Positions 18,434 to 27,933 of a DNA stretch of 31,770 bases are shown here, one piece after another. Under the pieces are notes generated by a model. It ran no database searches. It was not told the DNA's origin and saw only the letters and a program-made list of their open reading frames with translations. Position 1 is the stretch's first letter. Every line of letters starts with the position of its first letter. Source of the DNA: Planctomycetota bacterium (lineage in GTDB: Bacteria; Planctomycetota; UBA1135); contig JASFYO010000018.1 in the NCBI GenBank assembly GCA_045047305.1, forward strand, positions 1-31,770. Direction: 5' to 3'. The position numbers and the translations under genes are program-made.

Positions 18434-19485
18434 GGCACTAGTACAGGTCTTTGCGTAATTCGGTGATGGCGTGCATCTTCCAGCACGTCGTTGATTTCAT
18501 TCATCGGGAAGCGTTTCACAAACGGCTTCACCAAAACCTTGCCCTCGCGAATGAGATCGAGAGCAGGCGCATAGTACTGCGGCCGACAGCCCCAGTTGCC
18601 GAAAGCATCGGCATCGAAGGCCATCAGATTGGACAGGCGCACCGACACGCGGTCGAGAGTGAATCCAACAAAGCCAACCACGCCAGAGAAAGTCATTAAA
18701 GACCACGCAAGTTCTTGGCCAGAAGCGGTTCCACTCATCTCCAAGACTTTGAGTCCGACTTTAGAAAAGCCTAACTCCTTATTTTTTGCACGCACCGCGG
18801 CGCGTGATTCTTTGCCATCCATGCCAAGCGTGTTCACCACACCTTCCGCACCATACTCCAAGGCTCGGGCAAGCTTGTCATCGTCGATATCCACTGCAAC
18901 CACGCGTGCACCAAAAGCTTTTGCGATTTGAATACCGAAACTTCCAACACCGCCGGCGCCAATAATAACCACGTGATCCCCCTCCACTACCTGCGCACGT
19001 TTCATCGCTTGGTAAGGAGTGGTGACGGCATCGGCCAAAACCGAGACGTCGGCAAGAGCGATATCTTCAGGCAACCCCGAAGCATCAACCAACCACCGCG
19101 ATGGGACCAAAATGTGCGATGCAAAGCCTCCGTGGAAATCATTCCCTGGCATCAACTGCGCCCGGCATGAGGTCTCACGACCTGCATGGCACAAATCACA
19201 TTCCCCGCACGGCAAAACTGCTGGCACAACTACATCTTGATTCGCCCAAGCTTCACTGCCTGCGCCAACGGCAACCACGGTGCCCGAAATTTCATGCCCG
19301 AGCGCGAGTGGAAGTTCGTGCGCTGTGCGTACGCCGCCGTAAAGGAACCCGAGGTCAGTGTGGCACATGCCGCATCCTTTGACCTCGATGAGGACTTCGC
19401 CGGGACCTGGTTGCGGTAAGTCACCATCGGTTTTCACCAAGGGTTCATTCGGTGCCGTCATGAGCCAACGATAAAATTGCGACAT
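18430..19485 (-). CDS. had: 6-hydroxycyclohex-1-ene-1-carbonyl-CoA dehydrogenase (Zn-dependent MDR)
   Basis: GCGMCHTDLGFLYGGVRT.H.LPLALGHEISG, structural Zn site CGECDLC..C, and Had-specific RLSNLMAFDA..GNWGC. Confidence 0.95.
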   Translation of the reverse strand: MSQFYRWLMTAPNEPLVKTDGDLPQPGPGEVLIEVKGCGMCHTDLGFLYGGVRTAHELPLALGHEISGTVVAVGAGSEAWANQDVVVPAVLPCGECDLCHAGRETSCRAQLMPGNDFHGGFASHILVPSRWLVDASGLPEDIALADVSVLADAVTTPYQAMKRAQVVEGDHVVIIGAGGVGSFGIQIAKAFGARVVAVDIDDDKLARALEYGAEGVVNTLGMDGKESRAAVRAKNKELGFSKVGLKVLEMSGTASGQELAWSLMTFSGVVGFVGFTLDRVSVRLSNLMAFDADAFGNWGCRPQYYAPALDLIREGKVLVKPFVKRFPMNEINDVLEDARHHRITQRPVLVP

Positions 19486-19489
19486 GAAC

Positions 19490-20662
19490 TTATTTGTATG
19501 CGGCGCAACCGGTCACGGCCTGGCCAATGATGAGGGTATGGATTTCGTGGGTGCCTTCATAAGTCAGCACCGTTTCTAGATTGCAGGCATGACGCCCAGA
19601 GTGGTACTCCAGAGTGATGCCATTTGCGCCGAGTAAGCTTCGTGCATCGCGCGCAATGTCGAGAGCGATTTTCACATTGTTGCGCTTAGCCATAGACACT
19701 TGTTGCGGTGTCATCGTGCCCTCTTCCTTCATCCGGCCTAAACGCAAAACCAGAAGTTGCGCTTTGGTGATCTCGGTAGCCATCTCGGCGATTTTCTGCT
19801 GCGTGAGCTGGAAAGAGGCCAATGGACGGTCGTAAATTTGGCGCTGCTGGGTGTAGTCCACCGCTTCAAAAAGACATGCTTGCGCCGCCCCTAAGGCTCC
19901 CCAGGCAATGCCGTAGCGCGCTTGAGTTAAGCACATCAATGGGCTTTTCAGATTGGAAGTATTTGGCAGACGCTGCGCCTCAGAAACGCGGACATCGTCC
20001 ATCACCAATTCCGAGGTGACGGAACAACGTAATGACCACTTATGCTTTTGCTCGGGAGCGGAAAAACCTTCACTATCGTTATGCACAATGAAACCTTGCA
20101 CAATGTTGTCTTCATCCCGTGCCCACACGACGGAGATGTCGCTCACCGTTCCGTTGGTGATCCACATTTTACGGCCGTTGATAATCCAGTCATCGCCATC
20201 CCGCTTGCAGCGACTACGCATACCGCCTGGGTCCGAACCGAAGTCAGGTTCGGTCAAACCAAAGCAGCCGATGTATTCCCCTGAGGCAAGCTTCGGCAGG
20301 TACTCCTTCTTTTGTTCCTCAGAGCCGAACTCGAAGATGGGGTACATCACTAAAGATCCTTGCACCGAAGTGAAGGAACGGATTCCAGAATCCACACGCT
20401 CGATTTCTTGGCAAATCAAACCGTACATGACGCTGCTCAACCCTCCTCCACCATACTCCTCAGGAATACTTGGGCCGAGTAAGCCAAGCTCACCGAGCTC
20501 GGGAATGATTTCATTCGGAAATGTGCCGTCTTCCCAGTTCTTAGCGATGAGGGGCATCAAGCGGTCTTCGCAGTAGGCGCGGACCTGGTCACGAATCATG
20601 ATTTCGTCTTCACTTAGAAGCGAACTGATGTCGTAAAAATCTAACTCTTTGTAGCTTTTCAT
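19490..20662 (-). CDS. gcdH: Glutaryl-CoA dehydrogenase
   Basis: ERVDSGIRSFTSVQGSLVMYPI, GCFGLTEPDFGSDPGGM, ARYGIAWG and NLETVLTYEGTHEIH (catalytic Glu). Glutaryl-CoA is an intermediate of the lower benzoyl-CoA pathway. Confidence 0.9.
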   Translation of the reverse strand: MKSYKELDFYDISSLLSEDEIMIRDQVRAYCEDRLMPLIAKNWEDGTFPNEIIPELGELGLLGPSIPEEYGGGGLSSVMYGLICQEIERVDSGIRSFTSVQGSLVMYPIFEFGSEEQKKEYLPKLASGEYIGCFGLTEPDFGSDPGGMRSRCKRDGDDWIINGRKMWITNGTVSDISVVWARDEDNIVQGFIVHNDSEGFSAPEQKHKWSLRCSVTSELVMDDVRVSEAQRLPNTSNLKSPLMCLTQARYGIAWGALGAAQACLFEAVDYTQQRQIYDRPLASFQLTQQKIAEMATEITKAQLLVLRLGRMKEEGTMTPQQVSMAKRNNVKIALDIARDARSLLGANGITLEYHSGRHACNLETVLTYEGTHEIHTLIIGQAVTGCAAYK

Positions 20663-20664
20663 TT

Positions 20665-21522
20665 CTAGCCGACACTAGATGTGTCTGCAGTGGCAACTTT
20701 CGCTGCCGATGGATTACGAAGGCGGTAATGCGCGAGCCAAGCTGCACCGAGGGCAGTTGCAAACTGAGGCATGGCTTCGTCACGATCGGAGTCGGGAATG
20801 TTGCCCGGCAACCGGATGTCATTTTCCAAACGCTTATCAATGGATGTAGACATCGTACGGTAGCGCATGATGCCACCAATGAGGGTGATTTCTGGCTCCC
20901 CTTTCACTCGCTTCATTAGCTGAATGGCGCGCGTGGTGAGAGACTCAATCGAGCCTTGCATGATATCTGCAGGAGGCGTCCCGAGGCTCAGTTGATTGAT
21001 GACTTCGGACTCTGCAAACACGGCGCAAACCCCGGAAATGGTCACTGGATTGCGCGAGGTCTCCAACAGCTGACCAATGTCCTTGGTTTCGTAACCCATA
21101 TAACGGGCAGTCTTCTCGAGGAAGGCTCCAGTGCCTGCCGCACACTTGTCGTTTTGACGGAAGGAAATCACCCGTCCACTATCGTCAATGCGAATTGCCT
21201 TCATGGTTTGCCCCCCAACGTCGAGAATGGTCCGGGTCTCTGGGAAAAGCAGGAAGCAACCGCGAGAACTTGCGGTGATATCGGTCACCGCAAGGTCTTT
21301 ACACTTCACTTGATGACGCCCAAATCCAGTGGCGATGACATAGTTCAAGTCTTCACGAGTCAAATTTGCCTTCTCCAGGCATGCATCTAGGCATTTTTCC
21401 GCAACTGCGCCTAACTTAAACCCAGTGTTCATCACATGCCGAGCGAGGATGTTGTAATCCTCATCGAGAAGAATGGTTTTCGTGTAGGTCGAGCCTACAT
21501 CTATGCCGGCGGTAAGTTTCAT
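20665..21522 (-). CDS. bcrD: Benzoyl-CoA reductase ATP-binding activase subunit (delta/BcrD/BzdP position)
   Basis: ASKHA motifs [10 protein letters not shown] and DVGGQ, cluster cysteines [10 protein letters not shown] and [15 protein letters not shown] 21522 gives an ATGA overlap and 285 aa. Confidence 0.8.
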   Translation of the reverse strand: MKLTAGIDVGSTYTKTILLDEDYNILARHVMNTGFKLGAVAEKCLDACLEKANLTREDLNYVIATGFGRHQVKCKDLAVTDITASSRGCFLLFPETRTILDVGGQTMKAIRIDDSGRVISFRQNDKCAAGTGAFLEKTARYMGYETKDIGQLLETSRNPVTISGVCAVFAESEVINQLSLGTPPADIMQGSIESLTTRAIQLMKRVKGEPEITLIGGIMRYRTMSTSIDKRLENDIRLPGNIPDSDRDEAMPQFATALGAAWLAHYRLRNPSAAKVATADTSSVG

Positions 21523-22340
21523 GATGCTGACCCCTCGACTTGGCTGCGCGGGGCGCGACTCGCCTGAATGTGATCCATGGCAAAAAGTGCCGCTCCGAGA
21601 GCACCTGCGAAATGGCATTCATCTGAGATATTGAGCTTGCACTTCAAAGCTTTTTCCAAGGACTTCACCATTGCGGTATTACGTGAAACTCCACCGGTGA
21701 AGGTGACTTCCTCATTGATGCCAACGCGACGCAATAGGCCCATTGAGCGTTTCGCAATGGATTCGTGAACACCCCAAAGAATGTCCTCTACTTTTTTCCC
21801 TTTGCCCAACCAGGACAAAATTTCCGACTCGGCAAAGACGGTGCATGTGGTGGAAATCTGAACAGGATTATCCGAAAGCAATGCGGTCGGGCCAAGTTCG
21901 TCCAAAGGTATGTCTAGAGCCGCGGATGAGGCGCCAAGAAAACGGCCGGTTCCAGCTGCACACTTATCATTCATGCAGAAATCATCGATCTCGCCGTTAG
22001 GGGCAACTCGGATAGCTTTGGTGTCTTGGCCGCCCATATCTAACACGGTGCGGGTACCAGGGAAAATGTGAGAAGCTCCGCGGCCGTGGCAACTAATCTC
22101 TGTCACCTGTGCGTTTCCAAAAGTCACTTTATAGCGACCATAACCAGTGCCGATGACCCACTCCACTTCCTCTTCCAAAAGCTTCTTTGCGTTTATGCAT
22201 TCTTGAAATGCATTTTCAGCCGCCTGGGTTACGTTTGCTCCCGTATCAATCAAACATGAGGCGATAATTTCGCGCTCTTCATTGATGATGACGGCTTTGG
22301 TTTGGGTTGACCCGACGTCGACTCCTGCTGCGTATGCCAT
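21519..22340 (-). CDS. bcrA: Benzoyl-CoA reductase ATP-binding activase subunit (alpha/BcrA/BzdQ position), short HgdC-like form
   Basis: [50 protein letters not shown] and [11 protein letters not shown] motifs. 273 aa. GGAGA SD upstream. Confidence 0.8.
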   Translation of the reverse strand: MAYAAGVDVGSTQTKAVIINEEREIIASCLIDTGANVTQAAENAFQECINAKKLLEEEVEWVIGTGYGRYKVTFGNAQVTEISCHGRGASHIFPGTRTVLDMGGQDTKAIRVAPNGEIDDFCMNDKCAAGTGRFLGASSAALDIPLDELGPTALLSDNPVQISTTCTVFAESEILSWLGKGKKVEDILWGVHESIAKRSMGLLRRVGINEEVTFTGGVSRNTAMVKSLEKALKCKLNISDECHFAGALGAALFAMDHIQASRAPRSQVEGSAS

Positions 22341-22363
22341 GTTCTTTCTCCGCTTGGTTTGGA

Positions 22364-23659
22364 TTACTTAGTGATTTTGTTTTGCTGACGTCGCGCCACC
22401 ATGCCTTCAAAGAATGCATCGACACGATTTTTCATTTGCGCTTCGGAAACTACGCGCTGGTCCATCATGTCGGACTCGAGGAATAGACTTGGGATGCCTG
22501 TGCGTTCTGCTAACGCGCGTCGACCGTCTGCTAATCCAGTCGATACGGTGCGACAACTCTTGATGGGGTGGTAGATGATGCCGTCGATACCAAAACCATC
22601 GATCATGGACTCCACTACGGTGTCATGATGGAACATCGAATCCATGGCGTCGCGCACCGAGATGAGATTCCCTTCAGCAAGGCTCGCGATCGGATCACTG
22701 AGGTCGTATTGATATCCAAGATTGGATCCTCCACTTGCAAACCACAGGTACGTGGAGTGCACGAAGGTTCCCTTCCACTCCGAAAACATCTCGTTGAAGC
22801 GGCGAAAAATCGGGTAGCAAGGCACGCCAACAAAACATAAGCGCCACTCCTCCTCCGTGATGGTGCCTATGTCGTGCGCAACTTTGTACTCCATTTCCTC
22901 CACCAAATCCTCAAAGTACTTCGCAGCACGCTCGTCTCCACGTAAGCCATTCGCTACGCCTAAAAAGATGGTGCCGTCGGTCAATGCGTTAAACACCGAC
23001 GGATGATTCTTGTTCAGGTCCAATAGCTTCTGCCACGAACTGGACAAGCCATTCACGTGTCCCATGACTTCACGCAATTTATCGATGTCGAATTTTTTCC
23101 CGGTCACCTTTTCGCAAACCGTAATCAACTCACAAATCTGTGCCTCTACATATTCCACATCGTTCTTGAAATCACGGCTTCCAATCGCCGACGCGCCGCC
23201 AGCTGAGCGGTTTCCTGGAATATCGATTGTCACTACCGGCATTTCATACATGCGCTCCCACGCTTCCGCCCACTTCAAATAGGTATTGCAGGCGTTCGTC
23301 AAAACGGAAATGGTCGGCTTTGGGATTCTCCCCATTGGGTGCTCACCACCCCTCAGTTGAGTGCCAATATCAGCCTTCACATACCCGCAGATGTCTGGCG
23401 AATAGCCATGATCTTCTGCTTCCTCCAAGTATTCCTGCGCCACCCGACGTACGGCTGTTTGCAGGGAATTGATTTCAGGGAACACCACAGGCAGATCAAA
23501 GGACTTCAAAATCTCATTGAAGCTTCCCATGACAAAGACATAGGCTGCTCCTTTGCCCTCCTCTGCTGTCTGATTTAATTCCTTGAACCAGTCGCGGAAA
23601 AGCTCCGCACCTTCGCGGTTTCCGCGTCCGACAATATTTTCAGTTGTGGTTGTACTCAT
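22364..23659 (-). CDS. bcrB: Benzoyl-CoA reductase subunit B (HgdA/HgdB-family [4Fe-4S] subunit)
   Basis: [48 protein letters not shown] and [16 protein letters not shown] parallel BcrB/BadE segments. Three cluster cysteines present. Confidence 0.88.
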   Translation of the reverse strand: MSTTTTENIVGRGNREGAELFRDWFKELNQTAEEGKGAAYVFVMGSFNEILKSFDLPVVFPEINSLQTAVRRVAQEYLEEAEDHGYSPDICGYVKADIGTQLRGGEHPMGRIPKPTISVLTNACNTYLKWAEAWERMYEMPVVTIDIPGNRSAGGASAIGSRDFKNDVEYVEAQICELITVCEKVTGKKFDIDKLREVMGHVNGLSSSWQKLLDLNKNHPSVFNALTDGTIFLGVANGLRGDERAAKYFEDLVEEMEYKVAHDIGTITEEEWRLCFVGVPCYPIFRRFNEMFSEWKGTFVHSTYLWFASGGSNLGYQYDLSDPIASLAEGNLISVRDAMDSMFHHDTVVESMIDGFGIDGIIYHPIKSCRTVSTGLADGRRALAERTGIPSLFLESDMMDQRVVSEAQMKNRVDAFFEGMVARRQQNKITK

Positions 23660-23668
23660 GATTCATCC

Positions 23669-24835
23669 TTAAACGAACAGCAGGTTTTCCATGAAAGTCT
23701 CGAGCTGTAACTCAAGACCAGAGAAGGAGGTTTGGTTTTCTTCGAACTCACTCACGAAGAAAGGGATATTCGCTTTCTCCAGCCCGTGGATGTAAGCCAC
23801 TTGCTCTTCCAAGCCGGGCTCACACATTTTCGCCGACGTTACGATTGCAGCTTCACCACCGGCCTTACGAATGCGAGCAATCAACATGTCTTCCTTGCGC
23901 TTACGCAAGTCATGCTGAACAGGACTGTAAGACGAATCCTCGATGTACGCGCGCGCCATTGCAGTCAACGGCGACTCGCCTTGCGGGATATCAGACAAAA
24001 TCCAGCGCAAACCTATGAGGAAGTCATCGTCCACCACGTAAGCAGAGCGTCCGAGCATGCGCACCATGTCGAAGGGTGGTTGCTCACAGAAGGCACCTTC
24101 GTAAACCACACGGATGCGATCCTCGCGCTTAGCATCCACCGCCCGGATGAGCGGCAAGGCGTATTCCATCATCTCGTTGTGATCTTCACGTGGCATGCGA
24201 CCGGCCATCGCCATTAAGGCATAGGCATCTTCCGCAGCGATTTTTTCTGGGCACTCGCGCTTGATGTCATATAAATCACGCAGCAACTCACGATTGCGAT
24301 TAAAGATACCTATCGAGTGACGCAGTGCATCGTCTGTCACTTCTTTCCCAGAGACCTTCTCGACCAAACGCTTAAGACGATCATACTCGCCAGCTAAGTA
24401 CTCAATCGATGATGCAGAGTTTGGATTCTGCGGGAGGTATAAAATTTCACATGGATAATCGAAGTTACGCCCAAAGATTGCACCGAGGTTGCGTGCGGCA
24501 TCACAGATTGGATGAGTGATGAAGGCATCCAGGACCACCTGCTTGGAGAGTGCAATCTCCAAAGTCGTTTTGATGGTGGAGCATAGATAACTTCCGAAAC
24601 GCGAGTCCGCCTGATCTGGCTGCACATTGGCACCGTGTAGATTTAGAGGCAGCATGCCAGCTGCATGCGCGATCTCGGCAGGGAAGAAAACCTGAAAGTG
24701 GCCAAGGACTTTGCCTCCGTTAGCGCGCCACTCCTTCACCGTGGGAAAATGAATGTCTTCGTAAGTTTCGCGGCACTGATATAGCACCTCTTCAAGGGAC
24801 TGGCCGCGAATTTTATCCATGAAGGATTTGCTCAT
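23669..24835 (-). CDS. bcrC: Benzoyl-CoA reductase subunit C (HgdB-family [4Fe-4S] subunit)
   Basis: EIAHAAGMLP, SYLCS, PICDAARNL, LPQN, GAFCEQPP, YVVDDDF and KMCEPGL parallel BcrC/BadD segments. ATGA overlap with the tetR stop. Confidence 0.88.
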   Translation of the reverse strand: MSKSFMDKIRGQSLEEVLYQCRETYEDIHFPTVKEWRANGGKVLGHFQVFFPAEIAHAAGMLPLNLHGANVQPDQADSRFGSYLCSTIKTTLEIALSKQVVLDAFITHPICDAARNLGAIFGRNFDYPCEILYLPQNPNSASSIEYLAGEYDRLKRLVEKVSGKEVTDDALRHSIGIFNRNRELLRDLYDIKRECPEKIAAEDAYALMAMAGRMPREDHNEMMEYALPLIRAVDAKREDRIRVVYEGAFCEQPPFDMVRMLGRSAYVVDDDFLIGLRWILSDIPQGESPLTAMARAYIEDSSYSPVQHDLRKRKEDMLIARIRKAGGEAAIVTSAKMCEPGLEEQVAYIHGLEKANIPFFVSEFEENQTSFSGLELQLETFMENLLFV

Positions 24836-25449
24836 GATGCTTTTCTCTTATTGATGGCTTCGCTTGACGCGGACATCGCGCCGCAAAAGAACAGATTCAA
24901 CAGGTGGGCAAGCTTGGCCTCGATGTTTGGGAAAATACTTTCCGCATGTGGGTTCAAACTCACCTCGACCAAAGCGACGTAAGACCAAGCTAATAATTTG
25001 GCATCGTTCTTTGGAATTTCGCCGGTGTCCATTCCGCTTTGCAAAATAGTTTCGACAGGGCCCGGCAGCGCTTTTTGATAGGCGCGCACGATCCCTTCTC
25101 GCTGTTCGCCGCCAAACCGATTGACATCTCGACGCACCAAGCTGATGGCCTCCCGCTTCCACTGCGGCAAGCGAAAATAATCCAAGGTCAAACGATGCAA
25201 ACGTTGGACGCATGTTCCCTGCAGCGATACTGCCTCGGCAAAAATTTGAGCCTTCTCCTCTAAGTCGCGGTGCAGCATCGCCAGGTAAAGCTCCTCCTTG
25301 GAGGCAAAGTGGTGATAGACCCCTCCCTTGGTGGTCTCAGCCGCCGCAGCGACGCAATCTATGGTCACATCGGCAAAAGTTGCAACCAAAAACAGCCGTT
25401 GGGCAGCATTCAGGATGCGGGTTCGGGTTGCAGATGAGCGTTGTTGCAT
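24832..25449 (-). CDS. TetR/AcrR family transcriptional regulator heading the bcr operon
   Basis: TRTRILNAAQRLF..VTIDCVAAAAETTKGGVYHHFASKEELY helix-turn-helix. ATG 25449 preferred over TTG 25464, which lies inside the putative operator. Confidence 0.93.
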   Translation of the reverse strand: MQQRSSATRTRILNAAQRLFLVATFADVTIDCVAAAAETTKGGVYHHFASKEELYLAMLHRDLEEKAQIFAEAVSLQGTCVQRLHRLTLDYFRLPQWKREAISLVRRDVNRFGGEQREGIVRAYQKALPGPVETILQSGMDTGEIPKNDAKLLAWSYVALVEVSLNPHAESIFPNIEAKLAHLLNLFFCGAMSASSEAINKRKAS

Positions 25450-25458
25450 GGGGAAGGG

Positions 25459-25512
25459 AAACAAACTAGTCAGTCGGTTTCTTCATCCTCCTCGAGAATC
25501 GGGCCCGGTCAA
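25459..25512 (-). promoter_or_regulatory. Putative promoter and TetR operator of the bcr operon
   Basis: TTGACC (-35-like, 25512-25507), 16-nt spacer, GAGGAT (weak -10, 25490-25485). Directly downstream is the imperfect palindrome ACAAACTAGTCAGT (25461-25474) within a 4-bp-periodic TAGT-CAGT-CGGT run. Confidence 0.5.
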
Positions 25513-25879
25513 GGGAATTAAAGACCATATTATCCCTTTTAGCCACTAAATCGAGATAGTTTCATTCACTTTCAAAAACTGTATATATCCGTAACTACCT
25601 ACAATAGAATGAGTTATGCGCAATTACCTAAAAGATTGTAACACGACTCTGCCGCACCAGACCACGGCCGAGCGTTGGGGCCCACAGAATCCCAATTCCA
25701 TTTGGTAAGCCAAATTTCAACGGAAGCTTCCGCCGGCCAAAAAATGCCATAAATGCGGTTCTTAGGCCTTTTCTTTACCCCCAACTAGTCCCGATTCGCT
25801 AAAATCTGCGCTTCGCTTTTGCCCCCAAACCCTCAATTTGAAGGTAGGGAGAAGCTGTCCCCCTCCAATCGAAACATCG

Positions 25880-27922
25880 ATGGACAACATGATCACAATT
25901 CTTCCTTGGATCGGAACCGCGGCCGCGCTTGTCATGGCTGCTCTGGTCTACGCCAAAGTCATGGCAGCCCCTGCTGGCAACGACACCATGCAAAGCCTTG
26001 CGTCTGCCATCCAAGATGGTGCGCGTGCTTTCCTAATCACTGAGTACAAGCTCCTCGCAATATTCGTGGTCGTGGTCGGTGGAGGCCTCTACGTGTTGCC
26101 AGAAGGCGGCGGTCTGCACACCATGATTGCCTTTTTCACTGGTGCTTTTGCTTCGGCACTTGCTGGCTGGATTGGCATGTACACCGCCACTCGCGCGGCA
26201 GTACGCACCACGGAAGCCGCCCGTACCAGCCTCGCCGGTGCGCTCAAGATTGCGTTTGGCTCGGGCACGGTCATGGGTATGACTGTGGTTGGTCTCGGCG
26301 TGCTTGGAATCGCAGTGTTCTTTCTAGGATTCCACTACGACCTCCAACAAATCCTTGGCTTTAGTTTTGGCGCCTCGGCGATTGCATTATTCGCGCGCGT
26401 CGGCGGTGGCATTTTCACCAAAGCTGCTGACGTTGGCGCCGACTTGGTGGGCAAAGTCGAAGCTGGTATCCCCGAAGACGATATCCGCAACCCCGCCACC
26501 ATTGCTGACAACGTAGGCGATAACGTGGGCGACGTCGCCGGCATGGGCGCTGACTTGTTTGAGTCTTATGTCGGGTCCATCATCGCTACCATGATTCTTG
26601 GTGCGGCCTTCGCCACTGGCGATATCCCTCTTACGGATCAACCACTAGTGGTACTGCCACTGTCCATTGCGGCGGTCGGCGTGTTTGCTTCCATCGTGGG
26701 AACCTTCTTCGTTTCCACCAACGATGAAAGCAAAATCCACGGCGCTTTGTTCAAGGGCCTCATCGTTGCTTCCATCATCTTGTTGGGTTTTGCTTACTAC
26801 CTAACCAACATGGCTGGTTCTGATTTTGGCGACATGAGCAACATGAACTTGTTCTACTGCATTGGAGCTGGACTTGCTTCGGGTGTGATTATCGGGAAAA
26901 TCACCGAGTACTACACTGCTATGGAGTGCAAGCCGGTTAAAACAATCGCCGAGCAAGCCAAAACTGGGGAAGCTACCACGATCATTTCTGGACTAGCTGT
27001 CGGCATGAAGTCCACTTGTCTTCCAGTCATTGTCATCTGTGCAACCATCGCGGTCTCCTATGCCCTATGCGGCACTTACGGCATCGCTCTAGCAGCGGTT
27101 GGCATGCTTTCTACTTTGGGGATTTCACTCGGCGTCGATGCTTACGGCCCGGTTGCTGACAACGCTGGCGGCATGGCTGAAATGGCTGGCTTGCCTCCTG
27201 AAGTTCGCGAGCGCACCGACTCACTTGACGCTGTGGGTAACACGACTGCGGCGATTGGTAAAGGTTTCGCGATTGGTTCTGCTGCGCTTACTGCGCTGGC
27301 ATTCTTTGCGGCTTACTCTGCTGGCGCCGGCGATGTCGACCTCGGCATCGATAACCCCACCGTGGTAATCGGCATGTTCATCGGCGCGATGTTGCCGTTC
27401 TTGTTTGCCGCAATGACCATGGAAGCTGTGGGTAAAGCAGCCTTCGCAATGATTGACGAAGTCCGCCGTCAGTTCCGCGAGATCCCTGGCATCATGGAAT
27501 ACAAAGGTGAGAAGGACGCTCCAAACCGCCCCGATTACGATGCTTGTGTTGCTATCTCTACCAAGAGTTCCATGCAGCAAATGATCATGCCTGGCGTGCT
27601 TGCCATTGCAGCCCCTATTCTTGTCGGCATGTTCGGCGGCGTAGTCATGCTCGGCGGCCTACTTGCAGGTTCGCTTGCTGCTGGAGTCATGATGGCCATC
27701 TTCATGTCCAACGCAGGTGGTGCATGGGATAACGCTAAGAAACTCATCGAAACTGGTGCGCACGGCGGCAAAGGCTCCGATGCACACAAAGCTGCAGTGG
27801 TTGGCGATACCGTCGGTGACCCGTTCAAAGATACCTCTGGCCCAGCCTTGAACATCTTGTTGAAGCTGATGTCTGTGGTGTCGGTACTGCTGTTGCCATT
27901 CTTCATTGAGTTCAACAAGTAA
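25880..27922 (+). CDS. hppA: Membrane-integral ion-translocating pyrophosphatase, K+-dependent, probably Na+-pumping
   Basis: [54 protein letters not shown] and [10 protein letters not shown] motifs. GNTTAA marks K+ dependence and ADLFESY carries the gate Glu. Start ATG 25880 or 25889. TAAAAT at 25800-25805. Confidence 0.97.
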   Translation: MDNMITILPWIGTAAALVMAALVYAKVMAAPAGNDTMQSLASAIQDGARAFLITEYKLLAIFVVVVGGGLYVLPEGGGLHTMIAFFTGAFASALAGWIGMYTATRAAVRTTEAARTSLAGALKIAFGSGTVMGMTVVGLGVLGIAVFFLGFHYDLQQILGFSFGASAIALFARVGGGIFTKAADVGADLVGKVEAGIPEDDIRNPATIADNVGDNVGDVAGMGADLFESYVGSIIATMILGAAFATGDIPLTDQPLVVLPLSIAAVGVFASIVGTFFVSTNDESKIHGALFKGLIVASIILLGFAYYLTNMAGSDFGDMSNMNLFYCIGAGLASGVIIGKITEYYTAMECKPVKTIAEQAKTGEATTIISGLAVGMKSTCLPVIVICATIAVSYALCGTYGIALAAVGMLSTLGISLGVDAYGPVADNAGGMAEMAGLPPEVRERTDSLDAVGNTTAAIGKGFAIGSAALTALAFFAAYSAGAGDVDLGIDNPTVVIGMFIGAMLPFLFAAMTMEAVGKAAFAMIDEVRRQFREIPGIMEYKGEKDAPNRPDYDACVAISTKSSMQQMIMPGVLAIAAPILVGMFGGVVMLGGLLAGSLAAGVMMAIFMSNAGGAWDNAKKLIETGAHGGKGSDAHKAAVVGDTVGDPFKDTSGPALNILLKLMSVVSVLLLPFFIEFNK

Positions 27923-27933
27923 GGAATAAGCTG

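Noticed and set aside
19953..20576. Long antisense ORFs (207 aa here, also 8389-8922, 17738-18265, 23732-24217, 14181-14669)
   Set aside because: They lie opposite well-conserved genes, have no recognisable motifs, and are expected from codon bias.
20665..24835. Annotation as 2-hydroxyacyl-CoA dehydratase plus activator
   Set aside because: Same superfamily, but two distinct activase genes and co-transcription with had, oah and dch favour a ring reductase.
15803..25880. bcr operon as a recent genomic island
   Set aside because: No integrase, transposase, tRNA or flanking direct repeat seen, and composition looks similar to neighbouring core genes by eye. Older transfer is not excluded.
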